A stretch of DNA of 64,000 bases from Bacteroidota bacterium (GCA_018267055.1 JAFDZF010000061.1:24739-88738); one strand, 5' to 3'; positions 1 through 9,866 are shown, counted from the first letter of the stretch. Translations and numbers: made by a program. The notes: generated by a model not told the origin, from the sequence alone.

Positions 1-1
1 G

Positions 2-1288
2 ACCAGCATCACGGACCTCAATGCCCTGCTGATCCAAGGCGGCGGAAGCATTTGTGCCAGCCTGGATATGGAAGGGGCGATGATCGCCGTGGCTTATTGC
101 TCCTTCTGCACCCCCGGCAATGACACGACGGTGACCCTGTGCTATACCGATCCCCCGGTGGCCCTGTTCGATCTGCTTGGGGGCGACCCCTGCCCGGGAG
201 GCATGTGGCTCCCTCCATTGCCAGCCGATACGTTCGATCCGGCGGTCGACTCGGCCGGTAGCTACTACTATTTCATACAGAGCGGCAACGACATGCTCAT
301 CGCCACCGTGATCGTGAACGTGGTCGAATGCCCGTCCTCCTGCACCGCGAACGCGGGCACCCTCTCCGCCGAGGTCGCCGAGGTGTGCCTGGTGGATGGC
401 CTGGGCCTGATGGCCGCAGCCCCGAACGGGGACGCCGTGGTGCCCGACGGCTATGAGGTGGCCTACGTGCTGACGCAAGGCCCGGACGGCGTGATCCGCA
501 ACATCGAGCCCGATCCGATGTTCGCCTGGCCGTTCACCGGCGCGTACGCCATCCATGCCTTCGTGTACGACCCGAACACCTTCGACATCACCAGCGATGT
601 GCAGCTGGACCTCAGCACGCTCGACGACCTGAACGCGCTGCTGGTGCAGGGCGGTGGCAGCATCTGCGCAGGTCTGGACCTCGTGGGCGCCTCCTTCACG
701 ATCCAGGAATGCCCCCCGCCCTGTGATGCCGGAGGCTCGGTCAGCGTGGTGGTCTGCTTCACCGATCCGCCCTTCGTCCTTTATGGGGCCCTGACGGGCG
801 CTCCCTGTCCGAACGGCTCGTGGACCGCCCCCGATGGCCAGGTGGTCGGCGGGCTTTTCGAGCCGGGCATCGATCCGCCGGGCGTATACCTCTATACCGT
901 CACGTACGACAACGGCACCATGGACACTGCCACGGTGACCGTGGACCTGGTCGAATGCCCCGATGAGGTGCAGGAGATGCGGGTACCCGCGCACCTGACC
1001 GGTAACAGCACGGCGACCGGCATCGATGCCGCTGGCCCGGGCACCCAGCTGGGCCTGTGGCCGAACCCCGCTGCCGATGCGGTGCGCGTGCGCCTGCCTT
1101 ACACGGCCGGTGCCGGCACGCGCGTGGACCTCTTCGATGCCACGGGCCGTACCGTGGGCGCCTCGGTGCGCTTCACGTCGGACGGCCTGCTGCTCGACGT
1201 CAGCCCGCTGGCGCCCGGCAGCTGGACCCTGCGCGTGACCAACGCCGACCAGGTGCTCACCGGCCGCTTCGTGCGCGCTGCGGAGTAA
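2..1288 (+). CDS. T9SS-sorted secreted protein, 5'-truncated by the window edge, built from repeated Cys-containing modules
   Basis: The frame is open from nt 2. The ATG at 68 is internal, because the residues before it (TSITDLNALLIQGGGSICASLD) repeat the DLNALLVQGGGSICAGLD module near nt 620. The C-terminus LGLWPNPAADAVRVRL...LAPGSWTLRVTN fits a Por/T9SS type A sorting domain. Confidence 0.8.
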   Translation, partial: TSITDLNALLIQGGGSICASLDMEGAMIAVAYCSFCTPGNDTTVTLCYTDPPVALFDLLGGDPCPGGMWLPPLPADTFDPAVDSAGSYYYFIQSGNDMLIATVIVNVVECPSSCTANAGTLSAEVAEVCLVDGLGLMAAAPNGDAVVPDGYEVAYVLTQGPDGVIRNIEPDPMFAWPFTGAYAIHAFVYDPNTFDITSDVQLDLSTLDDLNALLVQGGGSICAGLDLVGASFTIQECPPPCDAGGSVSVVVCFTDPPFVLYGALTGAPCPNGSWTAPDGQVVGGLFEPGIDPPGVYLYTVTYDNGTMDTATVTVDLVECPDEVQEMRVPAHLTGNSTATGIDAAGPGTQLGLWPNPAADAVRVRLPYTAGAGTRVDLFDATGRTVGASVRFTSDGLLLDVSPLAPGSWTLRVTNADQVLTGRFVRAAE

Positions 1289-1306
1289 GTGCCCGGCCGT
1301 TCCAGC

Positions 1307-1345
1307 GAAGGCCCGCCTCCCCAGGGATGCGGGCCTTCGCTTTTC
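1307..1345 (+). terminator. Rho-independent terminator
   Basis: Perfect 10-bp stem GAAGGCCCGC / GCGGGCCTTC (1307-1316 and 1329-1338) with a 12-nt loop, followed by GCTTTTCC, 19 nt after the stop at 1288. Confidence 0.6.
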
Positions 1346-1563
1346 CGCTCCGGCGGAACGGCGATGGTGGCTCGAAGAGCATCCGCATCGTTCGCTAACG
1401 TCGGGGCACGTACATTTGTGCCGGGGCAAGTCTTGTACGTCCAGCTCCTGCTGAACCCCCCAGGGCCGGAAGGCAGCAAGGGTAAGCGGTCGTAGCGGAG
1501 CGATGCGAGGAGCTTGCCCCACTTTTTTTGACCTCGGCGAAGCCTCCCGAACGTTCCCGCCCT

Positions 1564-2367
1564 ATGTCCACCTATACGAAGGTCGTGCTCGTCACCGGCG
1601 GGTCCAGCGGCATCGGCCAGGCCATCTGCAAGCGGTTGGCGGCGCAGGGACATACCGTGTTCGGCACCGCACGCAAGCCGGACCAGCAGCCTACCGGCTA
1701 CCGGCTGATCGCCATGGAGGTGACGGACGACGCCTCGGTGCAGCGCGCGGTGGACGAAGTGCTGCAGCAGGCCGGCCGCATCGACGTGCTGGTGAACAAT
1801 GCGGGCCTGGGCATCCAGGGACCGGCGGAGGACATCACGCCCGAGCAGGCACGTGCCCTTTTCGAGGCCAACGTGTTCGGCCCGCACCGCGTGTGCCGGG
1901 CGGTGCTGCCCGCGATGCGCGCGCAGGGCAGCGGGCTCATCATCAACATCAGCAGCCTGGCGGCCAACTTCGGCCTGCCCTACCGCAGCTTCTACAGCGC
2001 CAGCAAGGCCGCCCTGGAGCGCTACACGGAGACGCTCAGCATGGAAACGGCGCCGTTCGGCATCCACGTGGTGAGCCTCCAGCCCGGCGAATACCGGACC
2101 AACATCGCGAGCGCACGCCTGCGCCCCGCCAGCATCAGCGCCCCGTACCGCAAGGGCTATGAGCGCGCCATGGAGATCCTGGGCGGCAGCCTGCACGAGA
2201 GCCGCGACCCCGATGAGGTGGCCGTGCTGGTGCAGCGGATCATGGCCAGCCCGCGGCCGAAGAGCCTCTACCGCGCGGCGCACGGCATGCAGCTGGTCTC
2301 CGTCCTGCTCAAGAAGCTGCTGCCCGGCCGCCGCTTCGAGCGGATGGTGATGAAGCACTACCGTTAA
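1564..2367 (+). CDS. Short-chain dehydrogenase/reductase (SDR) family oxidoreductase
   Basis: N-terminal Rossmann motif VLVTGGSSGIGQA, NNAG motif, and SASKAAL (YxxxK region). I prefer the ATG at 1564 (MSTYTKVVLVTGG) over the track start at 1528. Confidence 0.85.
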   Translation: MSTYTKVVLVTGGSSGIGQAICKRLAAQGHTVFGTARKPDQQPTGYRLIAMEVTDDASVQRAVDEVLQQAGRIDVLVNNAGLGIQGPAEDITPEQARALFEANVFGPHRVCRAVLPAMRAQGSGLIINISSLAANFGLPYRSFYSASKAALERYTETLSMETAPFGIHVVSLQPGEYRTNIASARLRPASISAPYRKGYERAMEILGGSLHESRDPDEVAVLVQRIMASPRPKSLYRAAHGMQLVSVLLKKLLPGRRFERMVMKHYR

Positions 2368-2466
2368 GAAGATCCAACACCGCTCCCGGGCGGGCATCGG
2401 CTGTCCTACTTCGTATCGTCTCACCGGTGCATGCGCTTCGCGGCGCGCGCACCCCAACGAACAGCC

Positions 2467-4122
2467 ATGAAACACTTCTTCTCCTTCTCCCTGGCCTTGC
2501 TGGCCCTCCCGGGCCTCATGCAGGCCCAATGGACCACGCCCGACGTGAACACGATCGTCCGCGCGGCCGAAGGCAATGACGCCACCACCCCGCTGATCGC
2601 CGAGGGCCCCGACGGCAGCACCTACGTCTCCTGGTTCGAGAACGCGGACGGCGCCTATCAGCTGCGGATGCAACGGCTCGCCGCCGACGGCACGCGGGAA
2701 TGGGACGATGCCGGCCTGATCGTGAGCGCCCACCCGCAGAACAGCGCCATCTTCCGCTACGACCTGAAGGCCGACCTGGAGGGCAACGCCATCGTGGCCT
2801 TCCAGGACGAGCGCACCGGCGCGCTGGACATCGTGGCCTACAAGATCGGCCCCGACGGCAGCTTCCTCTGGGGCGCGGACGGCATCGAGCTGCCCACGCC
2901 CGGTACCACCGGCCTGGCCCCGGTGATCGGGGTGCTGTCGAACAACGATGCGGTGATCGCCTGGAACGCCGACGGCTCGCCGGACTTCATCGCCCTCCAG
3001 AAAGTGGGGGCTGATGGCACCGCGGCCTGGGGAAGCCCGATGACCATCACCGATGCCAGCCCGCTCGCCCGGCCGAAGGTGATCGCCAGCGGTACCGGCT
3101 TCATCGTCCAATACGTGCGGCAGGGCGCCACCTTCCTCGCACCCGGCACGATGTACGCCATGCGCTATGCGGACGATGCCACGCCGGTATGGGCGGGGCC
3201 GGTCGTCGTGTCCACCAAGACCATCGCGGGCTTCTTCTTCCCCGAGCCGGTATCCGACGGGCATGACGGCTTCTACCTCGCCTTCAACACCTCCAACCCC
3301 GTCAGCAACACGCTCACCGACGTGTACGCGCAGCGCGTCCGGGACGATGGCACCACCTGGTCCGCCGAAGGCACGCGGCTGGACGACAGCAACACCACGC
3401 AGAAGTTCACCGCCGGCAAGGCCCTGGCGCTCATCAGCGATGCGAACGGCCTGATGGTACCCTTGCAGGTGACGAACACGGCCCAAAGCCAGTCCGGCGT
3501 ATCGGTGCAGCGGCTGGACATCAACGGCGCATTGCAGCTGGGCACCACCGCCGTCACGGTCCTCCCCGTCAGCGCAACGGCCGTGTACCCGAGCGACATC
3601 ACGCCCGTGGCCGATGGCGCGGTGATCCTGCACACGACCGGCGATCTCGGCCAGGTGCACCTCGCCGCCACGCGCGTCGACCTCAGCGGCGGTGCGGTAT
3701 GGACCCCGGCCCAACTGGACCTCTCCACCGTGAACAGCAACAAGGACGACGTGCAGGTGACCGCCGTCCGGAACGAACAGGCCGTGGCGGTGTGGCAGGA
3801 CGACCGGACCATCAGCGGCCTTTACGCGCAACGCATCGCCGGCCTGGACGTCACGACCGGCGTGGCGGCCCATGCGAACGACAGCGGCATCCGCCTGGAG
3901 ACCAACCCATCGTCCATGCCGGTGCTCCTGGCCGCGGCCCCCATCCCGGCCGGGACGGACATCCGCGTGTGCGACGCCCAGGGCCGGATGGTGCTGCAAC
4001 GCACCGTGACCACGCAGCAACAGCGCATCCTTCTCCCCATCAGCGGTCTGGCCGAGGGGCTTTACACCGTCACGGTGGCCGACCCGGTCCATCCCACCGT
4101 GCTGCGCTGGGTGAACCGCTGA
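2467..4122 (+). CDS. Secreted repeat (beta-propeller-like) protein with T9SS C-terminal sorting domain
   Basis: Signal peptide MKHFFSFSLALLALPGLMQAQ at the internal ATG 2467. Repeated DG..W/GADG segments. The C-terminal ~80 aa (RLETNPSS...GLYTVTVAD...) resembles a T9SS CTD. Confidence 0.75.
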   Translation: MKHFFSFSLALLALPGLMQAQWTTPDVNTIVRAAEGNDATTPLIAEGPDGSTYVSWFENADGAYQLRMQRLAADGTREWDDAGLIVSAHPQNSAIFRYDLKADLEGNAIVAFQDERTGALDIVAYKIGPDGSFLWGADGIELPTPGTTGLAPVIGVLSNNDAVIAWNADGSPDFIALQKVGADGTAAWGSPMTITDASPLARPKVIASGTGFIVQYVRQGATFLAPGTMYAMRYADDATPVWAGPVVVSTKTIAGFFFPEPVSDGHDGFYLAFNTSNPVSNTLTDVYAQRVRDDGTTWSAEGTRLDDSNTTQKFTAGKALALISDANGLMVPLQVTNTAQSQSGVSVQRLDINGALQLGTTAVTVLPVSATAVYPSDITPVADGAVILHTTGDLGQVHLAATRVDLSGGAVWTPAQLDLSTVNSNKDDVQVTAVRNEQAVAVWQDDRTISGLYAQRIAGLDVTTGVAAHANDSGIRLETNPSSMPVLLAAAPIPAGTDIRVCDAQGRMVLQRTVTTQQQRILLPISGLAEGLYTVTVADPVHPTVLRWVNR

Positions 4123-4145
4123 GATGCACGCACCAAGCGATCCAA

Positions 4146-4170
4146 CGAGGCCGGGCGATGCCCGGCCTCG
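4146..4170 (+). terminator. Terminator-like GC hairpin without a clear T tract
   Basis: Perfect 11-bp stem CGAGGCCGGGC / GCCCGGCCTCG with a 3-nt loop, 24 nt after the stop at 4122. Confidence 0.4.
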
Positions 4171-4200
4171 TCCGCTTGGCGAGGCTGCTACCTTAGCGGC

Positions 4201-4875
4201 ATGAAATTCTTCATCGACACCGCCAGCCTCGCCCAGATCAAGGAAGCCCAGGACCTGGGCGTGCTCGACGGGGTGACCACGAACCCTTCGCTGATGGCCA
4301 AGGAAGGTATCAGCGGGCAGGACCGCGTGCTGAAGCACTACGTGGACATCTGCAACATCGTGGATGGCGACGTGAGCGCCGAGGTGATCGCCACCGACTT
4401 CGAAGGCATGGTGCGCGAGGGCGAGGACCTGGCCGCCCTGCACCCCAACATCGTGGTGAAGGTGCCGATGACCCGCGACGGGGTGAAGGCGATCAAGCAT
4501 TTCACCGGCAAGGGCATCAAGACCAACTGCACGCTGGTCTTCAGCGCGGGCCAGGCCCTCCTGGCCGCCAAGGCCGGCGCCACCTACGTATCCCCCTTCG
4601 TGGGGCGCCTGGACGACGTGAGCACCGACGGGGTGCAGCTGATCGAGCAGATCCGCACCATCTATGACAACTACGGCTACGACACCCGCATCCTTGCGGC
4701 CAGCATCCGCCACCCGATGCACATCATCCAGTGCGCCGAGGTGGGCGCCGACGTGGCCACCTGCCCGCTGAGCGCCATCCTGGCCCTCTTCGACCACCCG
4801 CTCACCACCATCGGCCTGGAGAAGTTCCTGGCGGACCACAAGAAGGCCGCCCAACAGAAAGCCACCGCGAAATAG
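4201..4875 (+). CDS. tal: Fructose-6-phosphate aldolase / short (type 3B) transaldolase
   Basis: [10 protein letters not shown]...GVTTNPSL...VVKVPMT (Schiff-base Lys region). The ~220-aa length is typical of the Fsa/TalC subfamily. Confidence 0.9.
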   Translation: MKFFIDTASLAQIKEAQDLGVLDGVTTNPSLMAKEGISGQDRVLKHYVDICNIVDGDVSAEVIATDFEGMVREGEDLAALHPNIVVKVPMTRDGVKAIKHFTGKGIKTNCTLVFSAGQALLAAKAGATYVSPFVGRLDDVSTDGVQLIEQIRTIYDNYGYDTRILAASIRHPMHIIQCAEVGADVATCPLSAILALFDHPLTTIGLEKFLADHKKAAQQKATAK

Positions 4876-5496
4876 ATGCTGCTGGCGATCCATCCGAAGG
4901 ACCCCGAACCGCGGAAGATCAAGCAGGTGGTGGACCGCCTGCAGGACGGCGCGGTGGTGGTGTGCCCCACGGACACGGTGTACGCCTTCGTCTGCAGCGC
5001 CCACCAGCCGCGCGCCATCGAGGCCGTGGCGAAGCTGAAGCGCAAGCGCCCCGAGCGGGCCGACCTGTCGCTGATCTGCAAGGACCTGAGCCAGTTGAGC
5101 ACCTACGCCCGGGCCGTAAGCACGCCCGCCTTCCGCACCATGAAGAAGGCGCTGCCGGGTCCGTACACGTTCATCCTCCCGGCCAGCGGCGAGATCCCCA
5201 AGCTCTTCAAGAACAACAAGCGCACCGTGGGCATCCGCGTGCCCGACCACCCCATACCGCTCGCGCTGGTGGAAGGCCTGGACCATCCGCTGGTGGTGGC
5301 CAGCGTGCACGACCCGGACGACGTGGTGGACTACACCACGGATCCCGAGCGCATCGATGAGCACATCGGGTTCCAGGTCGCCCTGGTGATCGATGGCGGC
5401 ATCGGCGGGCTGGAGGCCTCCACGGTGATCGACCTCACCAGCGGGGAACCGCAGGTGCTGCGCATGGGCAAGGGCCCGGTGACCGACCTCTTCTAG
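4876..5496 (+). CDS. tsaC: L-threonylcarbamoyladenylate synthase (YrdC/TsaC family)
   Basis: YrdC-domain motifs VVVCPTDTVYAFVC, KRKRPERA and PGPYTFIL. The start abuts the tal stop. Confidence 0.8.
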   Translation: MLLAIHPKDPEPRKIKQVVDRLQDGAVVVCPTDTVYAFVCSAHQPRAIEAVAKLKRKRPERADLSLICKDLSQLSTYARAVSTPAFRTMKKALPGPYTFILPASGEIPKLFKNNKRTVGIRVPDHPIPLALVEGLDHPLVVASVHDPDDVVDYTTDPERIDEHIGFQVALVIDGGIGGLEASTVIDLTSGEPQVLRMGKGPVTDLF

Positions 5497-7007
5497 ACCA
5501 GGGCACGCAGCCGCAACCAGGCTTCGGGCAGCCGCTCGATCAGGTCGCTGACGGTCATGCCGTCCATGCCGCGTTCCGCGGCCGCGATATCGCCCGCAGA
5601 ACCATGCGCATGCACGCCCAGGATGGCCGCCTCCACGGGCGGCACGCCCTGTGCACGCAAGCCGGTGATGATGCCCGTGAGCGCATCGCCGCTGCCTCCC
5701 TTCGCCATGCCGGGGTTGCCGGTATCGTTGATGTGGACCTGGCCCGCAGGCGTGCAGACCGCGGTGTGCTCGCCTTTCAGCACCACCACCACGCCGAAGC
5801 GCACGGCCAGTTCCCGTGCCCGCATCAGCCGCTCATGGCCGCTGTGGCTGGCCTCGGTGAGGCGGTCGAGCTCCTTCGGATGCGGCGTCAGGATCGAACC
5901 CTTGGGCAAGAACGCCAGCCACGTCCGGTTGACGGCCAGGATATTGAGCGCATCGGCGTCCAACACCGGGGGGACGGGCGCCTGCTGGATCAGCAGCTTC
6001 AGCATCCGTGCGGTGCCCTCCGCCGTGCCCAGGCCCGGCCCGATCCCGATGGCGTTCGCCCGCTCGAAGGTGGGCAGTTGCTGCAGATGGTCCCCGTCCG
6101 TGTCGGAACTGAGGATGGCCTCCGGCACTGCGGCATGCATAAGCACCTCATGCCCACCGGGTACATGCACGGAGATCAACCCCGGGCCTGAACGGAGGCA
6201 TGCCCGCGCGGACAGGATGGCGGCCCCCATCTTGCCCCGGCCGCCGGCCAGCAACCAGGCGTGGCCGAAGGTGCCTTTATGGCCGGAACGGGGCCGGGGA
6301 GGCAGCAGCCGGGCGGCATCCACAGGCTCGGTGAGCAGGAACGTGGCCTTCACCGAGGCCAGGTAGTCCGGTGACAGCCCGATGGGCAGCACGGTCCAGT
6401 CGCCGACGTACCGCTCGTTCCCCGGGAGGACGAAGGCCAGCTTGGGCGCCTGGAAGGTGAGGGTCATCCGCGCCCGCACGATGGCCCCGGCGGGATCGCC
6501 CTCCCCATCGGCCAGCAGGCCCGAGGGCAGGTCGATGGCGACGATGGGGTTGGGCCGCGCATTGAGCGAACGGACGATCAAGGCCGTCCATCCCGTCAGG
6601 GGGCGATCCAACCCCGTTCCGAACAAGGCATCGATCACCACCTCGTTCCCAGCGAGTTCAGGCAGGCCCTGCCCTTCGCTCAACTCCTCGATGGGCACAC
6701 CGGCCGCCCGGGTCCGCTCGCGCTGCTGGAGGAAATCCGGGCTGCCGGTGGGCCGATGCGCGATGACGATGACCCGGGCCATGCGTCCCTGGGCGCTCAG
6801 GCGCCGCGCGATCGCCAGGCCATCGCCCCCGTTGTTCCCCAGCCCGGCCAGCACCACGAAAGGCACGTCGGGCGGGAACCGGACCATCAGCTGCTCCGTG
6901 CAGGCGGCGGCCGCGCGTTCCATCAGGTCCACGGAGGCGATGGGCTCCTCGGCGATCGTCCGTCGGTCGGCCTCGCGCAATTGCGCCGCGCTGAGCAGGG
7001 GGATCAT
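5493..7007 (-). CDS. nnr: Bifunctional NAD(P)H-hydrate repair enzyme (epimerase + ADP-dependent dehydratase)
   Basis: YjeF_N motif GLGNNGGDGLA in the N-terminal half. Carbohydrate-kinase-like half with KGGSGDALTGIITGL. Confidence 0.9.
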   Translation of the reverse strand: MIPLLSAAQLREADRRTIAEEPIASVDLMERAAAACTEQLMVRFPPDVPFVVLAGLGNNGGDGLAIARRLSAQGRMARVIVIAHRPTGSPDFLQQRERTRAAGVPIEELSEGQGLPELAGNEVVIDALFGTGLDRPLTGWTALIVRSLNARPNPIVAIDLPSGLLADGEGDPAGAIVRARMTLTFQAPKLAFVLPGNERYVGDWTVLPIGLSPDYLASVKATFLLTEPVDAARLLPPRPRSGHKGTFGHAWLLAGGRGKMGAAILSARACLRSGPGLISVHVPGGHEVLMHAAVPEAILSSDTDGDHLQQLPTFERANAIGIGPGLGTAEGTARMLKLLIQQAPVPPVLDADALNILAVNRTWLAFLPKGSILTPHPKELDRLTEASHSGHERLMRARELAVRFGVVVVLKGEHTAVCTPAGQVHINDTGNPGMAKGGSGDALTGIITGLRAQGVPPVEAAILGVHAHGSAGDIAAAERGMDGMTVSDLIERLPEAWLRLRALV

Positions 7008-7038
7008 GGGGCGAAAGATACCGGGATGGGAAGGGGGG

Positions 7039-7071
7039 AAAAAGCGAAAGCCCCCGTTGCCGGGGGCTTTC
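7039..7071 (-). terminator. Rho-independent terminator of the porin-like gene
   Basis: Perfect 11-bp stem GAAAGCCCCCG / CGGGGGCTTTC (7046-7056 and 7061-7071), followed on the minus strand by GCTTTTTCCCC. Confidence 0.65.
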
Positions 7072-7091
7072 GTTCCAGAAGCGGGATCCGC

Positions 7092-7937
7092 TTATTGGAA
7101 GTAGAAGTTCACACCGATGCGGGCACCGCTCACGCCGGTGTCGATGCTGAAGCTGCTGCTCTTGTCGGGGTTGCCGTCGTTGGGGACACCCTCGACCGTG
7201 GTGCTGGTCGTACCCGTGCCGTTCCACGATTCCACCGTGGTCTCGCTGGCACCCGAAGAGGTGAGGGCCAGGCCCCAGGTGTACTCACCGCTGAGGGAGA
7301 TCTTGGGGGCGCAGAACCATTCCACACCGGCGAAGGCGTTCAGGCCCACACCGAAGGTGGAACCGTTCTTCGTTTCGGTCGGACGGCTCACGGGGTTCGT
7401 GTTGCTGAGGGAGTTGCCGTACTCGTAGGTGGTCTTGCTGTTGCCGAAGCCCACGTTGAGCTCAGCACCGTACACACCCACCACGCGGGTCGAGCCCACG
7501 CGCTTCTCGATGCCGGCACCGAGGTTGATGGCCATGAAGTTGTTCTTCGTCACGTCCTCCACGGTAGCGGCGGGCGTGGGAGGAGGCGTCGGCTGAGGGT
7601 TCGCATCCACGAACTCGGTCAGCTTGGTGCTGCCGAAGCCGATGCGTACGCGACCACGGTAAGCCGTGTTGGCGTCCACCAGCTTCTTGCCGGCGATGAT
7701 GACCTGGGAACCGTTGTTGCTGCTCCAGAGGTTGTTCAGAGCGACACCACCGTTGTTGGTGTGGCCGTTGAACAGGTTACCTGCGTAGTTGAGCAGAGGC
7801 TGGGCATCGAACGTGAGGCCCCAATCCCCATCTTGCGACAGCCAGTTCTCGCCACGGTTGCTGGTGATCTCGCCCGTCTGGGCGGAAGCAGCCGTTACGG
7901 CGAAGAGCGCTGCGGCGAACAGTACAGTCTTCTTCAT
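7092..7937 (-). CDS. Outer-membrane beta-barrel (porin-family) protein
   Basis: Signal peptide MKKTVLFAAALFAVTAASAQ at the internal ATG (7937). Alternating beta-strand pattern. C-terminal GVNFYFQ (terminal aromatic). Confidence 0.75.
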   Translation of the reverse strand: MKKTVLFAAALFAVTAASAQTGEITSNRGENWLSQDGDWGLTFDAQPLLNYAGNLFNGHTNNGGVALNNLWSSNNGSQVIIAGKKLVDANTAYRGRVRIGFGSTKLTEFVDANPQPTPPPTPAATVEDVTKNNFMAINLGAGIEKRVGSTRVVGVYGAELNVGFGNSKTTYEYGNSLSNTNPVSRPTETKNGSTFGVGLNAFAGVEWFCAPKISLSGEYTWGLALTSSGASETTVESWNGTGTTSTTVEGVPNDGNPDKSSSFSIDTGVSGARIGVNFYFQ

Positions 7938-7992
7938 GACGTTTTGGTTTGACGTGTGCTTAACGTGTGGTTGTGTGCTTGCCTTGTCCGGC

Positions 7993-8022
7993 CAAAAGTA
8001 TCGGTTCGGGGCGGCAAACTTA
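7993..8022 (-). promoter_or_regulatory. Candidate Bacteroidota sigma-A -7 boxes (TAnnTTTG) for the porin-like gene
   Basis: On the minus strand: TAAGTTTG (8022-8015) and TACTTTTG (8000-7993), both inside an unusually AT-rich 221-nt spacer. Confidence 0.35.
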
Positions 8023-8158
8023 TGAACACCATCCGGACATATCAACCATTTTTTGTTGATCCCCGGTGAGTTTGTTCGTTGCCATGGCTCCGAAAAGCCG
8101 ACGCTTCTGACGAATTGCGGCGGCGAAAGTAGCACCTTCTTTGAATTCTCAAAACCGG

Positions 8159-8806
8159 TCAACTCACTTTATCCGTCAACATCGGCACGAAGCTGAACGC
8201 CCCGTGCTCCTCCGATCGGAACCCCTCGGCCGTGCGTACGATGCGCTGCATGGATTGGCCCTCCTCCCCTCCTACGGGGATCACCATGACGCCGCCCACC
8301 TTCAGTTGCGCCAGCAGCTCCCGGGGGAGCTCCGGCGCCCCGCAGGTCACGATGACCTTGTCGAACGGAGCATGCATGGGCAGCCCCTTGTACCCATCCC
8401 CGTGGGACAAGGTTGCACGGTAGCCCATGGCGGTGAGCCGCTGCTTGGTGGCCTGGTACAGGGGGCGGTGCCGCTCAAGGCTGAAGACCTTGGCGCCCAG
8501 CTCGCACAGCACGGCCGTCTGGTAGCCGCAGCCGGTGCCGATCTCGAGCACCTTCTCCCGCGGGGCCACCGCGAGCAGCTGGGACTGGAACGCGACCGTG
8601 TACGGCTGCGAGATGGTCTGGCCGCACCCGATGGGGAAGGCCTGGTCCGCATAGGCCAGTGACAGGAAGGCACTGTCGTCGATGAACTGGTGGCGGGGCA
8701 CCTTGCCGATGGCGGCCAGCACAGCGGGGTCGGAAATGCCTTTCCGCTGGAGCTCGGCCACCAAGTGGCGGCGCATGCCTTGATGGCGGTGGTCGTCGAT
8801 GAGCAT
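8159..8806 (-). CDS. pcm: Protein-L-isoaspartate O-methyltransferase
   Basis: TISQPYTVA, SAM motif VLEIGTGCGYQTAVL, and DKVIVTCGAPE. The true start is the internal ATG at 8806. The 463-aa track ORF upstream of it is antisense to the next gene. Confidence 0.9.
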   Translation of the reverse strand: MLIDDHRHQGMRRHLVAELQRKGISDPAVLAAIGKVPRHQFIDDSAFLSLAYADQAFPIGCGQTISQPYTVAFQSQLLAVAPREKVLEIGTGCGYQTAVLCELGAKVFSLERHRPLYQATKQRLTAMGYRATLSHGDGYKGLPMHAPFDKVIVTCGAPELPRELLAQLKVGGVMVIPVGGEEGQSMQRIVRTAEGFRSEEHGAFSFVPMLTDKVS

Positions 8807-8870
8807 GGAAGAGGGAGGCTGCAAAGCTACCCGCCGGTCGGGGCTCCGCCGTTGACGGCTTCGGCTACTT

Positions 8871-9866
8871 TTGCACGCCTTCATGGGAAGATCATTGCGT
8901 ATCGGCGTGCTCGGCGCGGGCCACCTGGGCCGGATCCACATCCAGCAGTTGCGTGAGGTGCCGGAGTTCGAGCTGGTCGGCTTCTTCGATCCGCACCCCG
9001 AGAAGCGTGCGGCCATCCAGGCGGAGTTCGGTGTGCCCGTGCTCAGCGGTCCTGAAGCGGTGATCGCCGCCGCCGACGTGGTGGACGTGGTGACCCCCAC
9101 CCTCGCCCACCACGCCTGCGCCATGCAGGCCCTGGCCGCCGGCAAGCACATCTTCATCGAAAAGCCCCTGACCCATACCGTGGCCGAGGGGCGCGAGCTG
9201 GTGGAGATGGTACGCCGCACCGGCCTGAAGGTGCAGGTGGGCCACGTGGAGCGCTTCAACCCCGCCTTCCTGGCGGCCCGGGCATCCCTGAAGGAGCCGA
9301 TGTTCATCGAGACGCACCGCCTGGCCCAGTTCGACCCGCGCGGGACGGACGTGAGCGTGGTGCTGGACCTGATGATCCACGACATCGACATCGTGCTGAA
9401 CGTGGTGGGCGCCCCGCTGAAGGACGTGCACGCGAGCGGCGTGGCCGTGGTGAGCGACACGCCCGACATCGCCAACGCCCGGCTCGCGTTCGCCAACGGC
9501 TGTGTGGCCAACCTCACCGCCAGCCGCATCAGCCTGAAGAAGATGCGCAAGAGCCGGTTCTTCCAGCGCGACGCCTACATCGCGGTGGACATGCTGGCGA
9601 AAAGCACCGAAGTGGTGCGCATGCGGACGGTGGAGACGCCCGACCCGTTCGCCATCACCATCGACCTGGGCAATGGCCGGGGCCACCGCGAGATCGGCTT
9701 CGAGAAGCCGGAGGTGCCGCCCACCAATGCCATCCGGGAGGAGCTGCGCGCGTTCGCCCGGGCCATCCTGGAGGACCGCACGCCCGAGGTGCCCGCCGCC
9801 GACGGCCTGGCCGCGCTGGAAGTGGCTCACCGTGTCCTGGACGCCATGGGGGTCGCCCACGCATGA
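8871..9866 (+). CDS. Gfo/Idh/MocA family NAD-binding oxidoreductase
   Basis: LRIGVLGAGHLGRIH Rossmann start and EKPL motif (IFIEKPLTHT). An alternative ATG lies at 8883. Confidence 0.8.
   Translation: MHAFMGRSLRIGVLGAGHLGRIHIQQLREVPEFELVGFFDPHPEKRAAIQAEFGVPVLSGPEAVIAAADVVDVVTPTLAHHACAMQALAAGKHIFIEKPLTHTVAEGRELVEMVRRTGLKVQVGHVERFNPAFLAARASLKEPMFIETHRLAQFDPRGTDVSVVLDLMIHDIDIVLNVVGAPLKDVHASGVAVVSDTPDIANARLAFANGCVANLTASRISLKKMRKSRFFQRDAYIAVDMLAKSTEVVRMRTVETPDPFAITIDLGNGRGHREIGFEKPEVPPTNAIREELRAFARAILEDRTPEVPAADGLAALEVAHRVLDAMGVAHA

Noticed and set aside
1099-5364. 1421-aa minus-strand ORF, the longest in the track.
   Set aside because: It runs antisense across four well-supported plus-strand genes (SDR, T9SS cargo, tal, tsaC). 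Its translation is low-complexity and R/A/G/H/V-rich with no recognisable motifs. This is the classic stop-codon-poor shadow ORF of a high-GC genome.
8807-9550. Upstream extension of the pcm ORF (8159-9550, 463 aa).
   Set aside because: The extension is antisense to the Gfo/Idh/MocA gene and has no methyltransferase-related sequence. Pcm proteins are about 210-220 aa.
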